Shown here one piece after another: positions 21,868 through 34,907 of a DNA stretch of 59,066 nt. The first letter of the stretch is position 1, and every line of letters begins with the position of its first letter. The notes below the pieces were generated by a model. That model made no database searches. It saw nothing but the letters and a program-made list of their open reading frames with translations, and was not told the origin of the DNA. The DNA lies in the NCBI GenBank assembly GCA_964507655.1, contig CAZDSL010000001.1:1-59066 (forward strand). The letters are read 5' to 3'. A program made the translations under genes and the position numbers. The stretch is from an uncultured Mycobacteriaceae bacterium (GTDB lineage Bacteria > Actinomycetota > Actinomycetes > Mycobacteriales > Mycobacteriaceae).

Positions 21868-23138
21868 TGTTGTCGGTGCTGCGCAACGCGGCCTATGCGC
21901 GGCTGTTTGCTGCGCAGGTGGTCGCATTGCTGGGCACTGGTCTGCTGACGGTTGCGCTGGGGCTTTTGGCGTTCGACCTGGCCGGTAGCGCGGCCGGATC
22001 GGTGATGGGCACGGCGTTGACCATCAAGATGGTCGCCTACGTGGGCGTCGCCCCGCTGACCGCCGCATTGGTCGACCGACTGCCGAAAAAGACGGTCCTG
22101 GTAAGTGCAGACGCAGTCCGTGTGCTGATCGCGCTCATGCTGCCCTTTGTCACCGAGGTGTGGCAGATCTATGTGTTGGTGTTCGTGCTGCAATCCGCCT
22201 CGGCCACGTTCACCCCCGCGTTCCAATCCCTGATCCCCACGGTCCTGCCCGATGCGCATCAATACACCCGCGCATTGTCGCTATCACGACTGGCCTACGA
22301 CCTCGAATCTCTGCTGGCCCCCGCGATCGCTGCGGCACTGCTGGCCGTGGTCAGTTACAACAACCTGTTCGTCGGCACCGCGGTCGGATTCGCCGCCTCC
22401 ATCACCTGCGTGCTGGCCGCCCGGCTTCCCGCCCGCGCCGAGAGATCCAGTGGTTTGTCGTTCCGCCGCCGTCTCACCGGGGGCATGGCGGTGCTCGCCC
22501 GCACCCGCACGCTGCGGTTTTTGATGCTCGCCAACATCACCGTCGCCGCGGGCACCGCGATCGTGATGGTCAATTCCGTCGTCTACGCCCGCGGCGTGTT
22601 CGACCGCGGGGACACGGCGCTCGGGAGCATCCTGGCCTGCTACGGGGCCGGGTCACTACTGGTGGCGTTGGGCACCCCGCGCATCGTCGATCGCATCGGC
22701 GTGATCCGCACGATGATGGCCGGCACCGCCGTAATCACAGCGGCTCTGGGGGTCGCGGTGGCCGTTACTGCCCAGGTCACCGGCTCCGCAGTCGGGTGGG
22801 GGTGGCTGCTCGGTACGTGGCTGTTGCTGGGTGTGGGCACATCGTTGGTCAACACACCATCGGCGCGACTACTCGCCGAGGCCTCCACCGAACAGAACCG
22901 AAACCTCGTATACACGGCGCAGTTCGCGCTTTCGCACGCCTGTTTCCTTCTCACGTATCCGGTCGCGGGCTGGCTCGGCGAAACCAGCCTGACCCTCGCC
23001 GCCGCCGTCCTGACTGCCATCGCGGCACCCGCCGCGTTCGCAGCGATCGGCCTGGCCATCACCCGACGGATGACCCAGCCACATCAACATTCGTGCCGCG
23101 CTGCCAATGTCCGCGCCGACAGAACGCATGATCGTTGA
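21867..23138 (+). CDS. NreB/NrsD-like MFS nickel-efflux transporter
   Basis: MLSVLRNAAYARLFAAQVVALLGTGLLTVALGLLA...IKMVAYVG, AQFALSHACFLLTYP resemble NreB; ~12 TM; coupled to upstream ArsR. Confidence 0.8.
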   Translation: MLSVLRNAAYARLFAAQVVALLGTGLLTVALGLLAFDLAGSAAGSVMGTALTIKMVAYVGVAPLTAALVDRLPKKTVLVSADAVRVLIALMLPFVTEVWQIYVLVFVLQSASATFTPAFQSLIPTVLPDAHQYTRALSLSRLAYDLESLLAPAIAAALLAVVSYNNLFVGTAVGFAASITCVLAARLPARAERSSGLSFRRRLTGGMAVLARTRTLRFLMLANITVAAGTAIVMVNSVVYARGVFDRGDTALGSILACYGAGSLLVALGTPRIVDRIGVIRTMMAGTAVITAALGVAVAVTAQVTGSAVGWGWLLGTWLLLGVGTSLVNTPSARLLAEASTEQNRNLVYTAQFALSHACFLLTYPVAGWLGETSLTLAAAVLTAIAAPAAFAAIGLAITRRMTQPHQHSCRAANVRADRTHDR

Positions 23139-23188
23139 CGGTCGCCTACGCGCAGAACCCGAGCCATGGCCGCTGCCAGTGGTAGTAT

Positions 23189-23578
23189 ATGCGTATGCGT
23201 GAAGGTAACGAGGTATGCACGTTTGGGGTGGCGAGCGAGTACGTCGATCTGGCGGCCGAGGTGTTCTCGCTACTCTCGGATGCGACGCGGATCCGGCTGA
23301 TACTGGCGCTGCGCTCCGTCGAGTTGTCGGTGGGCGAGCTGGCCGAGCAGGTGGGCAAGTCGCCCACGGTGGTCTCGCAGCATCTGGCGAAGCTGCGGTG
23401 GGCCAAGGTCGTCCAGGCCCGCCAGGATGGGACCCGCGTGTATTACAGCCTGATCGACGAGCATGCACGGCAGTTGGTCGATCATGCGGTGTTCCAGGCC
23501 GAACACGCTGTGGACATGCTGCCCCGGCACCACCTCGGTGAGCACCCGTCCCCGGGCGAACTCGCCGATCGCGGTTAG
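23189..23578 (+). CDS. ArsR/SmtB family KmtR-like Ni/Co-sensing repressor
   Basis: FSLLSDATRIRL, VSQHLAKLR HTH, DEH..QAEH..PRHH ligand pattern as in M. tuberculosis KmtR; start may be ATG 23195. Confidence 0.88.
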   Translation: MRMREGNEVCTFGVASEYVDLAAEVFSLLSDATRIRLILALRSVELSVGELAEQVGKSPTVVSQHLAKLRWAKVVQARQDGTRVYYSLIDEHARQLVDHAVFQAEHAVDMLPRHHLGEHPSPGELADRG

Positions 23579-23587
23579 CGCGCGGGC

Positions 23588-25504
<1,917 letters not shown>

Positions 25505-26025
25505 CTCGCGGGTAAGCCGCTCTCCACCGCCGAGATCACCGCCCACTGCGGCAGGCGACTGTGTCGAGCGGGCATGCATGCCGATACCGATCTCTACGGG
25601 CGCCGCCGCGTTAACGGCCCGCGTCCCCGCACGTGCGGTCCGCAGCAGGCGCGGGCTTCCCGCTGCCCGATGCAGCCACGAGTGCGCAGCCGATCAGGCA
25701 GCGTGTGACGCGCCGCGTGGCCGGCGATCGAGATACCGAGGTCAATGTGGTGCGCAGTGCGGTGACGGCGGTCATGGGTGAACTCCTGACACGTGCGGGC
25801 GGTATTCGGACGTTGTGCCCGTGGGCGGGACTGGGCCGCTGCTTACGCGCGGTGGTGGCGCATTCGGCCGCGGTGAAGTCCACTGTCGCGTGCGCACTGC
25901 CGCACGCGAGCTTGGAGCCGGATGTGGCGCAGCGGCAACGGTCACCGCCGCGGCGCGCGCGCCCGTCTCCTAGGCGACGACGAAGCGATAGTCGATTCGT
26001 CGCGGTCCCTGAGTATTCCCCATCC

Positions 26026-26086
26026 TTGCACAATACCCTCACGGGGTATACGTTCGTGACGTGAGCGATGATACCCCCCACCCGTA
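26026..26086 (+). promoter_or_regulatory. cop promoter with two CsoR/RicR-type operators
   Basis: TTGCAC-17-TACGTT enclosing TACCC-TCACG-GGGTA (26034-26048); second TACCC-CCCAC-CCGTA (26072-26086). Confidence 0.75.
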
Positions 26087-26180
26087 TTAATTGTGGCTTT
26101 CCTGCTAGATGCGGATGTTCGAGCCACCCACGACCGCTACTGGGTGTGGTCACACCCGGTACGCGAAAGGAGTACCTGCC

Positions 26181-26387
26181 ATGACCGATACGAACTTCAC
26201 CGTCACGGGCATGACCTGCGATCACTGTGTCCTCTCGGTGACCGAGGAAGTCAGCGAAGTGCCCGGCGTGACCGGCGTCGACGTCGACCTCCCCACGGGA
26301 CGCCTCACCGTTACCAGCGGGGCACCCATCGATGCTGACAAGATCCGCTCCGCAGTCCGCGAGGCCGGCTACGAGGTCACCAACTGA
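26181..26387 (+). CDS. copZ: Copper chaperone CopZ (HMA domain)
   Basis: GMTCDHC, EAGY; RBS AAAGGAG before ATG 26181. Confidence 0.9.
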   Translation: MTDTNFTVTGMTCDHCVLSVTEEVSEVPGVTGVDVDLPTGRLTVTSGAPIDADKIRSAVREAGYEVTN

Positions 26388-26510
26388 TTCACCTCGTGGC
26401 CGATGCGGATCCGACCGAGCTCGCGGGAGGACAGACCGCTCGCGCCGACGGGACACCCACCCGAGAGCCTCCGGCCGATTCCGGCAACGCTCTCGAGAAA
26501 GGACCAACCG

Positions 26511-28859
26511 ATGAGCGCGCACAGCGATATTGCGCCACTAACCGGCGGAAATCAGGTCGAACTGGCCATTACGGGCATGACGTGCGCTTCGTGCGCGAAC
26601 CGTATTGAGCGCAAGCTCAACAAACTCGACGGCGTGAGCGCCGCAGTGAACTACGCCACCGAAAAAGCCAGGGTCACCTACGATGACGGGGTCGACGAGT
26701 CGGCTCTGATCGACACGGTCGCGCAGGCCGGATACAGCGCCGAGTTGCCGAAGACCGTGGCGCCGGATGCCGCCGGCGGCGCCGGCGAGCGTGATGAGGA
26801 CGCCCCGGTGCGGGCGCTACGCGACCGGGTCATCATCGCGGCGGTGCTGAGCGTGCCGGTGATCGCGATGGCGATGATCCCGGCGCTGCAGTTCACCAAC
26901 TGGCAGTGGCTCTCGCTGACGCTGGCGGCCCCGGTGATCGTGTGGGCGGGCTACCCGTTCCACAAGGCGACCTGGACGAACCTCAAACACGGCGCGGCAA
27001 CCATGGACACGCTGATCTCGATGGGCACCGGCGCGGCCCTGCTGTGGTCGCTGTATGCGTTGTTCTTCGGCACCGCCGGGGAGCCGGGGATGACGCATTC
27101 GTTCGAATTCGCCATCGCCCGATCCGACGGCGCGGCCAATATCTACCTGGAAGTCGGCGCCGGGGTGGTCACCTTCATCCTCCTGGGCCGGTACTTCGAG
27201 GCCCGCTCCAAGCGCCGCGCGGGATCGGCATTGCGGGCCTTGCTCGAGCTGGGCGCCAAGGAGGTTACGGTCCTGCGCGGCGGCCGCGAGGAACTGATCA
27301 GCGTCGACCAGTTGGCCGTCGGTGACCGGTTTATTGTGCGCCCTGGCGAGAAGATCGCCACCGACGGCATGATCGTCGAAGGTGCATCCGCCGTCGACGC
27401 GTCGATGGTCACCGGCGAATCCGCGCCGGTCGAGGTCAGCGCCGGAAACTCGGTGGTCGGCGCCACGGTCAATGCCGGCGGGCGGCTGGTGATCGAAGCC
27501 ACCCGGGTCGGTGCGGACACCCAATTGGCGCAAATGGCCCGCATGGTCGAGGACGCACAGAACGGCAAGGCTCAGGCGCAGCGTCTCGCAGACAGAATCT
27601 CGGGCGTTTTCGTGCCGATCGTCATAGTATTGGCTATTGCGACATTCGTCGGCTGGGCCGCCGCAGGCGGCGCCATGGCCACGGCGTTCACAGCGGCGGT
27701 AGCGGTGCTGATCATCGCGTGCCCCTGCGCTCTGGGTCTGGCTACGCCGACCGCGCTGATGGTCGGCACCGGTCGCGGTGCCCAGCTGGGCATCCTGATT
27801 AAGGGCCCGGAAGTGCTCGAGACCACCCGCCGAGTCGATACCGTAGTGCTCGATAAGACCGGCACCGTCACCACCGGGCAGATGAGCCTGATCGACACGA
27901 TCGTCGCGGACGGGGAAGACGTAGATCAGCTGCTTCGGCTGGCGGGCGCGCTGGAGAACGCCTCCGAACACCCGATCGCGCAGGCGATCGCCAAGGGCGC
28001 GATCGACCGTGTCGGCGCACTGCCCGCAGTCGAGGACTTCGCCAACGTCGAAGGTCTCGGCGTGCAGGGCATCGTCGCCGACGGCGAGGCCAGCAGCGCG
28101 GTCCTGGTCGGGCGTCCTCGGCTGCTGGCCGACTGGTCGCAAGACCTGCCCGCCGACCTGGCGGCCGCGATGACCGCCGCGGCACAGAAGGGCCAGACTG
28201 CGGTCGCGGTCGGCTGGGACGGTAAAGCCCGCGGCGTGCTCGTGGTCGCCGACGCGATCAAACCGACCTCGGCAGAGGCGATCCGGCAGCTTCGTGGCCT
28301 CGGACTGGCCCCGGTGCTGCTCACCGGTGACAACACCACCGTCGCCCACACGGTTGCCGCGTCGGTGGGAATCGATCGCGACAATGTGATCGCCGAGGTC
28401 ATGCCCGCCGATAAGGCCCAGGTCGTCACACGGCTGCAAGAGGAGGGCAAGAAGGTCGCGATGGTCGGCGACGGTGTCAACGATGCCGCCGCGCTGGCGC
28501 AAGCGGATCTCGGATTGTCGATGGGCACCGGTACCGACGTGGCGATCGAGGCATCGGACATCACCTTGGTCCGCGGTGACCTGCGCGCCGCGGTCGATGC
28601 GATCCGACTGGCGCGTCGCACGCTCGGCACGATCAAAGGCAATTTGTTCTGGGCGTTCGCCTATAACGTTGCTGCTCTCCCGCTGGCGGCAGCGGGCTTG
28701 CTCAATCCGATGCTCGCCGGCGCCGCGATGGCGTTCTCCTCGGTGTTCGTGGTCTCGAACAGCCTGCGGCTACGCGGGTTCACCGCTGCGGACACGTCCG
28801 CCGATACAGACGCTGCATCCGCAGACGCGGCGGCGCAACGGCAGCCGGCGACCATCTGA
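26511..28859 (+). CDS. copA: Copper-exporting P1B-1 ATPase
   Basis: GMTCASC HMA, CPC, DKTGT, GDGVND, YN and MAFSS Cu(I) motifs; RBS AAAGGA before ATG 26511. Confidence 0.93.
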   Translation: MSAHSDIAPLTGGNQVELAITGMTCASCANRIERKLNKLDGVSAAVNYATEKARVTYDDGVDESALIDTVAQAGYSAELPKTVAPDAAGGAGERDEDAPVRALRDRVIIAAVLSVPVIAMAMIPALQFTNWQWLSLTLAAPVIVWAGYPFHKATWTNLKHGAATMDTLISMGTGAALLWSLYALFFGTAGEPGMTHSFEFAIARSDGAANIYLEVGAGVVTFILLGRYFEARSKRRAGSALRALLELGAKEVTVLRGGREELISVDQLAVGDRFIVRPGEKIATDGMIVEGASAVDASMVTGESAPVEVSAGNSVVGATVNAGGRLVIEATRVGADTQLAQMARMVEDAQNGKAQAQRLADRISGVFVPIVIVLAIATFVGWAAAGGAMATAFTAAVAVLIIACPCALGLATPTALMVGTGRGAQLGILIKGPEVLETTRRVDTVVLDKTGTVTTGQMSLIDTIVADGEDVDQLLRLAGALENASEHPIAQAIAKGAIDRVGALPAVEDFANVEGLGVQGIVADGEASSAVLVGRPRLLADWSQDLPADLAAAMTAAAQKGQTAVAVGWDGKARGVLVVADAIKPTSAEAIRQLRGLGLAPVLLTGDNTTVAHTVAASVGIDRDNVIAEVMPADKAQVVTRLQEEGKKVAMVGDGVNDAAALAQADLGLSMGTGTDVAIEASDITLVRGDLRAAVDAIRLARRTLGTIKGNLFWAFAYNVAALPLAAAGLLNPMLAGAAMAFSSVFVVSNSLRLRGFTAADTSADTDAASADAAAQRQPATI

Positions 28860-28931
28860 CCACCGACTCCGGCGGTGCCCGAACGGCCCGGCGGCCCTGA
28901 TTGATCCGACACGACAGAAAGAGGGAATCTC

Positions 28932-29144
28932 ATGTCCACCACCAGCACCTACCACGTCACCGGCATGACCTGCGGCGGCTGCGCCGGCAAGGTCACCGGC
29001 CACGTCGAGCAGATCCCCGGTGTCAGTGCCGTCGACACCGATGTGCCCACCGGGCGCATCACCGTGACCGGCAGCAAGCCGGTCAGCGCGGCCGCAGTCC
29101 AGCAGGCAGTCGAACAGGCCGGTTACCGACTCGCCGCCAATTGA
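28932..29144 (+). CDS. copZ: Second CopZ-like HMA chaperone
   Basis: GMTCGGC, QAGY. Confidence 0.88.
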   Translation: MSTTSTYHVTGMTCGGCAGKVTGHVEQIPGVSAVDTDVPTGRITVTGSKPVSAAAVQQAVEQAGYRLAAN

Positions 29145-29281
29145 CATGCCCGCAGGAGACCCGAACCCGCGCTGCGTCTCGGGCTACCGACCGCCGTCGG
29201 CCGGTAGATGGATCGGCGATCGTCGACTCAGCGCACACGCAGCGTCGACATCCAGACAGACGGGACCCGGTGCGCCGGACG

Positions 29282-30700
29282 TCACCGATTGACGAGTGCC
29301 CACACGGCGCCCGAGCCGACGCCGAACGCGATGATGCCGCTGGCAGCGCTGTACGCGGTATACAGCCCCGACCGGAGGATGCCGGCGTGCCCGGCCGTCT
29401 GCGACCGGGCGCCGGGGTCGTGGCCGAATGCTGGTGCGAGCCAGCGCAGGTAGTAGAACAAGCTGGCGACGCTGTTGATAGCGGCGACGATGGTCAGCCA
29501 CGTGTAGCCGCCGTCCCACGCAGCGGCGAAGGTGGTCAGTTTGCCGATGAACACTGCGGTCGGTGGAGTGCCGGCCAGGCTGAGAAGGCTGACTGCCAGC
29601 GCTCCGGCCAGCCAGGGTCTGCGGCGTATCAGGCCGTGGTAGTCGGCCAGCGATTGCCGTTCCGGCACGGCGGCGATCACCGCGAACGCCGCGATGTTCG
29701 TCACCGCGTATCCGGCCAGGTACAGCAGCAGCGAGGGCAGGGCCAGGTCGCTGGCCCCGGCCACACACACCGGCAGCAGCATGTAGCCGGCCTGGCTGAC
29801 CGTCGACCAGCCCAATAGGCGGCGTGGATCATTCTGGGCGAACGCGGCCAGGTTGCCGATCGTCATCGTTGCTACCGCCAGAACGGCGAGCAGTAGTCGC
29901 CAGTTGACGTCGGGATCAACCTCGTCGAAGAAGCGGTAGATGGCCAGGAGGCCGCCGATCTTCGGCACTGTCGTCGCATAGGCGGCCGCCCAGGTGGATG
30001 CTCCCTGCGCCGCGTCGGGCACCCAAAAATGCGCAGGCACCGCGCCTGCCTTGAACAATAGGGCGCCGAGCACCGCGACGACCCCGACGATGACCACCGC
30101 ATCCGGGGCGCCGGGAACGGCCTGCGCCAGGTCGAGGTAGGTCGTCGCGCCGCCGGCCCCGTATAGAACTGTGACTCCGAGTAGCAGCCCGAGCCCGAAC
30201 AGTGCGCCGAGCAGATAGGTCTTCAGTGTGGCCTCCGCCGCGGCGGGCGTGCGGGTCAGACCGATCAGCGCGTACAACGGGATGCTCGCGAGCAGAAAGC
30301 CGATCACGAGCACGAGCAGATCCGCCGCCCCGGCCAGCAGCAGCGTTCCGAGACCGGCCAGCAGCAGCAGCACATAGGCCTCGGACTCACGCTGAGTGTC
30401 GCGCAGCTCGTCGACACCGAGCCCGATCACCAACAACGTCGCGCCCGCCACGATCAGCGCAGCAACACCGCTGGTGGTGTCGACGGCGAAGCTGTCGGCG
30501 AACACGCGCCTCGGCGGGCCCGCCAGCGAGAACGCCGCGGTAATGACGCAGGCGAGCAGGGACGCGACCGTCAGCAATCGCGGAATCCATTGGCGGGTGC
30601 GGGGCGTGAACGATCCGGCGAGCAAGGCGATCACCGCCCCGGCGAACAGGCTGATCTCCGGGGCCATCGCCAGCGTGTCCGAGCCCATGTTCATCGCCAT
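29282..30700 (-). CDS. NuoN-like antiporter-like subunit
   Basis: EATLKTYLLGA, FKAGAVPAHFWVPD, PKIG, GNLAA, FIGKL. Confidence 0.88.
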   Translation of the reverse strand: MAMNMGSDTLAMAPEISLFAGAVIALLAGSFTPRTRQWIPRLLTVASLLACVITAAFSLAGPPRRVFADSFAVDTTSGVAALIVAGATLLVIGLGVDELRDTQRESEAYVLLLLAGLGTLLLAGAADLLVLVIGFLLASIPLYALIGLTRTPAAAEATLKTYLLGALFGLGLLLGVTVLYGAGGATTYLDLAQAVPGAPDAVVIVGVVAVLGALLFKAGAVPAHFWVPDAAQGASTWAAAYATTVPKIGGLLAIYRFFDEVDPDVNWRLLLAVLAVATMTIGNLAAFAQNDPRRLLGWSTVSQAGYMLLPVCVAGASDLALPSLLLYLAGYAVTNIAAFAVIAAVPERQSLADYHGLIRRRPWLAGALAVSLLSLAGTPPTAVFIGKLTTFAAAWDGGYTWLTIVAAINSVASLFYYLRWLAPAFGHDPGARSQTAGHAGILRSGLYTAYSAASGIIAFGVGSGAVWALVNR

Positions 30701-30704
30701 CGGC

Positions 30705-32192
30705 TCACCGCCCGACCAGGGCGGTGACGCCGGCAGCCGCGGGTTCGATCACATCGAGCAGCAGCCGCGGCAACACCCCGATCAGCGCACTGAGCACGAG
30801 AAGAAACCCGATCGATACGACCTCGGTCGGCCGGGCGTCGGCGAAACCGGTCGCGGACCCGCGCTGCGGGCCGGTCAGCATCTGCTGCAACGCCCGCAAC
30901 AACACTGCGGCGATCAGCACGATGCCGGGCAGCGCCGCTGCGGCCACCACGGTGATGCCGATACTGCCGGCGAAGATCTGGAACTCGGCGATGAACCCGC
31001 TGAACGCCGGAATACCCAAAGAGGCGAACACGGCGACGGCGAACAGCGCAGAATAGCGCGGCGCCGCCGCGGCGAGCCCGCCGAACGAAGCCATCCGGTA
31101 GGTACCGGCCCGCTCGCGCAGCATGCCGGCGAGCAGGAACAACGCACCGGTGAGTAGCCCGTGGCTGACCATCTGGGTGACCGCGCCGGTGATCGCCACC
31201 TGCGCGGCCTCGGCGGAAGAGTCGGTGACCAACCCGGCCACTCCGACTGCCAATACGATGTAGCCCATGTGGTTGACCGAGGTGTAGGCGACCATTCTTT
31301 TGAAATCGGTCTGCGCGAGCGATACCAGCGCCCCGTAGAGCACCGAAACGATGCCGACCGCGACGATCACCCATGCCCACGCCCGCCAAGCCTGCGGCAA
31401 CATGGGCATGGCGATGCGCACGAATCCGTAGGTCCCCATCTTCAGCAGAACGCCCGCGAGAATCGCCGAACCGGCCGCGGGCGCATCAGTGTGCGCGGGC
31501 GGTAGCCAGGTGTGAAACGGAAATGTCGGCGTCTTGATCGCGAGTCCCAGCAGGATCGCCGCCAGCACCAGTGCCCCGGTGGTCCCGTGCCCGTTGAGCG
31601 GTGTCTGCTCGGTGAGTTCGACCATGTCGAAGGTGTGCGGGTCGGCCGCCAGATACAGCCCGATAAACCCGAGCAGCAGCGCGAGGGAACCGAAGAACGT
31701 GTAGAGGAAGAACTTCAGCGCCGAGCGGGCGGCGTTGCCGTGCCCCCAGCCGGCGATCACGAAATACATGCCCACGATCGACAGATCGAAAAACACGAAG
31801 AACACCAGCAGGTCCTGTGCGACGAACAACCCGAGGCAGGTCGTCTGCAGCGCCAGGAACAGCGCTGCATGCGTGCGCGGCCGTTCCCGCTGGCGTAGCG
31901 CGTAGATCGCGCAGGCCAAAAACAGCACGTTCGTCAATACCACCAGCGGAAGCGACAATCCGTCGACGCCCACGTGGTAGCTGCTGTGCACGCCGGGGAT
32001 CCACGCGACTTTTTGCTCAAATGCCAACCCGCCCGGCGGCGCGGATTCGGCCGCCCACATCCACGCCGCAAGACCGACCTCGATGACGGTGACCGCCACC
32101 CACGTGCCGCGGGCGACCATGTCGCGCAGACTCGGCATGCCCGCCAGTACGAGCGCGACTACAACCGGAAGGAATACGACGACACTGACCAT
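30705..32192 (-). CDS. NuoM-like antiporter-like subunit
   Basis: GVDGLS, KFFLYT, IKTPTFPFHTWLP, LLKMGTYG, SHGL, FIAEF. Confidence 0.9.
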   Translation of the reverse strand: MVSVVVFLPVVVALVLAGMPSLRDMVARGTWVAVTVIEVGLAAWMWAAESAPPGGLAFEQKVAWIPGVHSSYHVGVDGLSLPLVVLTNVLFLACAIYALRQRERPRTHAALFLALQTTCLGLFVAQDLLVFFVFFDLSIVGMYFVIAGWGHGNAARSALKFFLYTFFGSLALLLGFIGLYLAADPHTFDMVELTEQTPLNGHGTTGALVLAAILLGLAIKTPTFPFHTWLPPAHTDAPAAGSAILAGVLLKMGTYGFVRIAMPMLPQAWRAWAWVIVAVGIVSVLYGALVSLAQTDFKRMVAYTSVNHMGYIVLAVGVAGLVTDSSAEAAQVAITGAVTQMVSHGLLTGALFLLAGMLRERAGTYRMASFGGLAAAAPRYSALFAVAVFASLGIPAFSGFIAEFQIFAGSIGITVVAAAALPGIVLIAAVLLRALQQMLTGPQRGSATGFADARPTEVVSIGFLLVLSALIGVLPRLLLDVIEPAAAGVTALVGR

Positions 32193-32195
32193 GCG

Positions 32196-34031
32196 CTAGT
32201 TCACCGCCCAAAGCAGAACTGCGGCCGCGACCAGGACGACCACCGCCTGCACGTAGTACTGATGCAATTGCCCGGTCTGGGGCCGCCGTGCCAGGTGCCC
32301 GAGGCGCCGAACCTGCCGCGCACCGAGTTCGACACCGGCATCGACCAGTTTGTTGTCGGCGCGGCCCGCGGCAGCGGCCACGCGCGCCGTAGCCACCGCG
32401 ACACCGCCGACACTCCGATCGAGAATCCGATCATCGAACCAGGCAAGCCCGTCGGCGGCGACGAGCACCGGACGGACCACCAGCGCGTGCGCCGCCGTCT
32501 CGAAGTCGAGCCAGCGCGCCGCCCACGCGGGTTCGGGCAGACGCAGCACGGCGACGACCGCGACAACGACCACGGCCAACACCGCCGACCCGACGAGTTC
32601 GGGCACGCTCGGTCCTGCCGGGGCAGGTAGGCCGATCGCGGTCGTCGCTGGTCGCAGCAGCGCCGGAAGCGCCAGAACCCCGCCCGCCGCGGCGGCGAGG
32701 GCCAACACGACCAGCGGCACCTGCTGCCACACGCGCACGTGCCCGGTGCCGGCCGCCGCAGCGCCCGGTTTCGAATGTGCGGGGTGCGCCGACCACACAA
32801 CGACGATCATTTTTCCGGCATAGGCGGCCGATAGGGCCGCTGCGGCAAGGCCCACCGCGTACAGGGCCGGGTGCTCGGCCAGTGCTGCGGCGAGTACCTG
32901 GTCCTTGGTGGCCCACAACGACAACGGCGCGACGCCGGCCAGGCTGAGCGCGCCGACGGTGAACACCACGCCTATCAGCGGCCAGCGCCGTGCGGCGCCG
33001 CGCAGCCCGCCGAGTTGCTGGGTGCCCAGGGCCGCGAGCCAGGCCCCGGCGACGAGGAACAGCAGCGCCTTCGTCGCGGCGTGCGCGATCAGCTGCGCCG
33101 CGCCAGCGCCGGTGGCGGCGAGTCCGGCGGCGAGGACGACGAAACCGAGTTGCGCCGCCGTCGATGCGGCGAGGAGTTGTTTGAGGTCACGCTGTGCGAC
33201 TGCCACCGCGCCCAATATCAACGCCGTCAGGGCGCCGATCCACGCCGTCGTCGTGGCCGCCCAGCCTGTCGCCTGCAGCAAGGGGGCACTGCGCAGCAGC
33301 AGGTAGCCGCCCATCGCCACCATCGCCGCGGAATGCAGTAGTGCGCTGACCGGGCTGGGGCCGGCCATCGCGCGGGAGAGCCAGAACGCGAACGGCAACT
33401 GCGCCGACTTGCCGACCGCGGCCACGAGGATCCCTGCTGCGATCACGTCACGCCATCCGGCGGGCACCTGGGGTAGTCCGGCCAGTGACATGCCGTGTCC
33501 CGCCGCCAGTGCCGCACCCGCCGCCAGATACAGCCCGAGGTCGGCGGTGCGGGTAGTGATGAACGCGGTCAGGCCGGCCGAGACGCGCCATTGTGCACGC
33601 CAGGAAAACCCGATCAACGCATACGACGCGGCGCCCATCACCTCCCAGGCGAACAGCAACGCGGGCAGTGTGGTCGCTGTCGCGGTCCCCATCACTGCAG
33701 CGACGAATAGCAGCATCAAGCCGTGAAAACGGGGGCGCGGCGTCACCGGCTCGGCGCCGGCGTAGACCAGCACGAGCAGCGACACCGCGGCGACCGCGGG
33801 AACGATCATCGCCGACAGTCCGTCGACGGACAACCCGAACGTGCTGCCGGCGACGAACGGGGCCGATACGGTCGGGCGTCCGGCCGCGACCGTGGCGGCG
33901 GCGCCGGTGACGAACACCGCCACCACCAGTGATAGGGGCACCGCGATGCGTTCGGCCCGTCGCCCGCTCAGACACAGCACAGCGCCGCCCACCCCCGGGG
34001 TCAGGACCAGCGACCACAGTAGGGCGTTCAC
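32196..34031 (-). CDS. NuoL-like antiporter-like subunit
   Basis: WEVMG, GKSAQLPF..WL..AMAGPSPVSALLHSA, HAATKALLF, QTGQLHQY; GTG 34031 overlaps nuoK-like stop. Confidence 0.9.
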   Translation of the reverse strand: MNALLWSLVLTPGVGGAVLCLSGRRAERIAVPLSLVVAVFVTGAAATVAAGRPTVSAPFVAGSTFGLSVDGLSAMIVPAVAAVSLLVLVYAGAEPVTPRPRFHGLMLLFVAAVMGTATATTLPALLFAWEVMGAASYALIGFSWRAQWRVSAGLTAFITTRTADLGLYLAAGAALAAGHGMSLAGLPQVPAGWRDVIAAGILVAAVGKSAQLPFAFWLSRAMAGPSPVSALLHSAAMVAMGGYLLLRSAPLLQATGWAATTTAWIGALTALILGAVAVAQRDLKQLLAASTAAQLGFVVLAAGLAATGAGAAQLIAHAATKALLFLVAGAWLAALGTQQLGGLRGAARRWPLIGVVFTVGALSLAGVAPLSLWATKDQVLAAALAEHPALYAVGLAAAALSAAYAGKMIVVVWSAHPAHSKPGAAAAGTGHVRVWQQVPLVVLALAAAAGGVLALPALLRPATTAIGLPAPAGPSVPELVGSAVLAVVVVAVVAVLRLPEPAWAARWLDFETAAHALVVRPVLVAADGLAWFDDRILDRSVGGVAVATARVAAAAGRADNKLVDAGVELGARQVRRLGHLARRPQTGQLHQYYVQAVVVLVAAAVLLWAVN

Positions 34032-34330
34032 TCGGACAAGTCCGTTGCCGTATCGGTCATATCCGCACCGCGTGAGCGGTGAAACAGGATCGCGACCGCG
34101 AAGCCCATCGCCATCTCGACGGTCATCGCGGCCAGCACGACCAGCAGCAGCACCTGCCCGTCGGCGGCGGGGAAAACGAACCACCAGATGCCGGCCGCGG
34201 CGACGATAATTCCGCCGATCATCAGTTCCAGGCCCATCATCACCATGACGACCACCTGTTGGCTCAGCGCCCCGTACAGGCCGATCGCGAACAGGGCCGC
34301 GGCTAGCACCAGGACTGTTTGCAACGTCAT
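34028..34330 (-). CDS. NuoK-like subunit
   Basis: Three TM, GLELM and VEMAMG conserved Glu residues. Confidence 0.85.
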   Translation of the reverse strand: MTLQTVLVLAAALFAIGLYGALSQQVVVMVMMGLELMIGGIIVAAAGIWWFVFPAADGQVLLLVVLAAMTVEMAMGFAVAILFHRSRGADMTDTATDLSE

Positions 34331-34905
34331 CGGCCCACACCTCCGTGCCGCGGGTCGGCCGGCGGGCGCGTGCGCAGATCGTCACCGAACCGGTCGTAGC
34401 GACCGCGGGCAGACGCAAGGGTCAGTGCCGCGACGATCGTCGCGAAAAGCATGGCGCTGACCGCGATCATCACCAGCATCTTCGGCCCCATGATCGCCTC
34501 GCCTAACGCGGCAGTGGTGTCCGGGCCGGGCGAGCCGCGCCGCTGCGGCCAGGGCACGGCCAGCGCGCCGCCGGCCAGGACGACGAACACCACAAACGAG
34601 ACGGCAAGCGCACCTTTGTTGTTGTGCACCATGCTCATCGGCATCAACGCGGGGTTCATGCCCATCAGCATGATCATGTAGATCGCCATCACGGCCATCT
34701 CCATGATCATCATCAGCACGGTGATGACGCCGATATAGTCGGCCCGCAGCAGCAGCACGATCCCGCCGGCCGCGACGAACGAGGCCGCCAACGCGTACGT
34801 CGCACGGGCCATCGAGTCGACACGGAACACTGCCGCGCCGGTGACCACCGCGATGACCGCGAGGATCCAGAAGGCGACCGACTCCATAACCGACGTTGCA
34901 GGCAT
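34327..34905 (-). CDS. NuoJ-like subunit
   Basis: Five hydrophobic segments, position between H- and K-like genes; ATG 34905. Confidence 0.8.
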   Translation of the reverse strand: MPATSVMESVAFWILAVIAVVTGAAVFRVDSMARATYALAASFVAAGGIVLLLRADYIGVITVLMMIMEMAVMAIYMIMLMGMNPALMPMSMVHNNKGALAVSFVVFVVLAGGALAVPWPQRRGSPGPDTTAALGEAIMGPKMLVMIAVSAMLFATIVAALTLASARGRYDRFGDDLRTRPPADPRHGGVGR

Positions 34906-34907
34906 TC

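Noticed and set aside
25520-26000. Possible riboswitch or small gene (AGGAG then ATG at ~25777, minus strand) between the two ATPases
   Set aside because: No recognisable cobalamin, NiCo or M-box consensus and no family motif in the short ORF; probably a remnant
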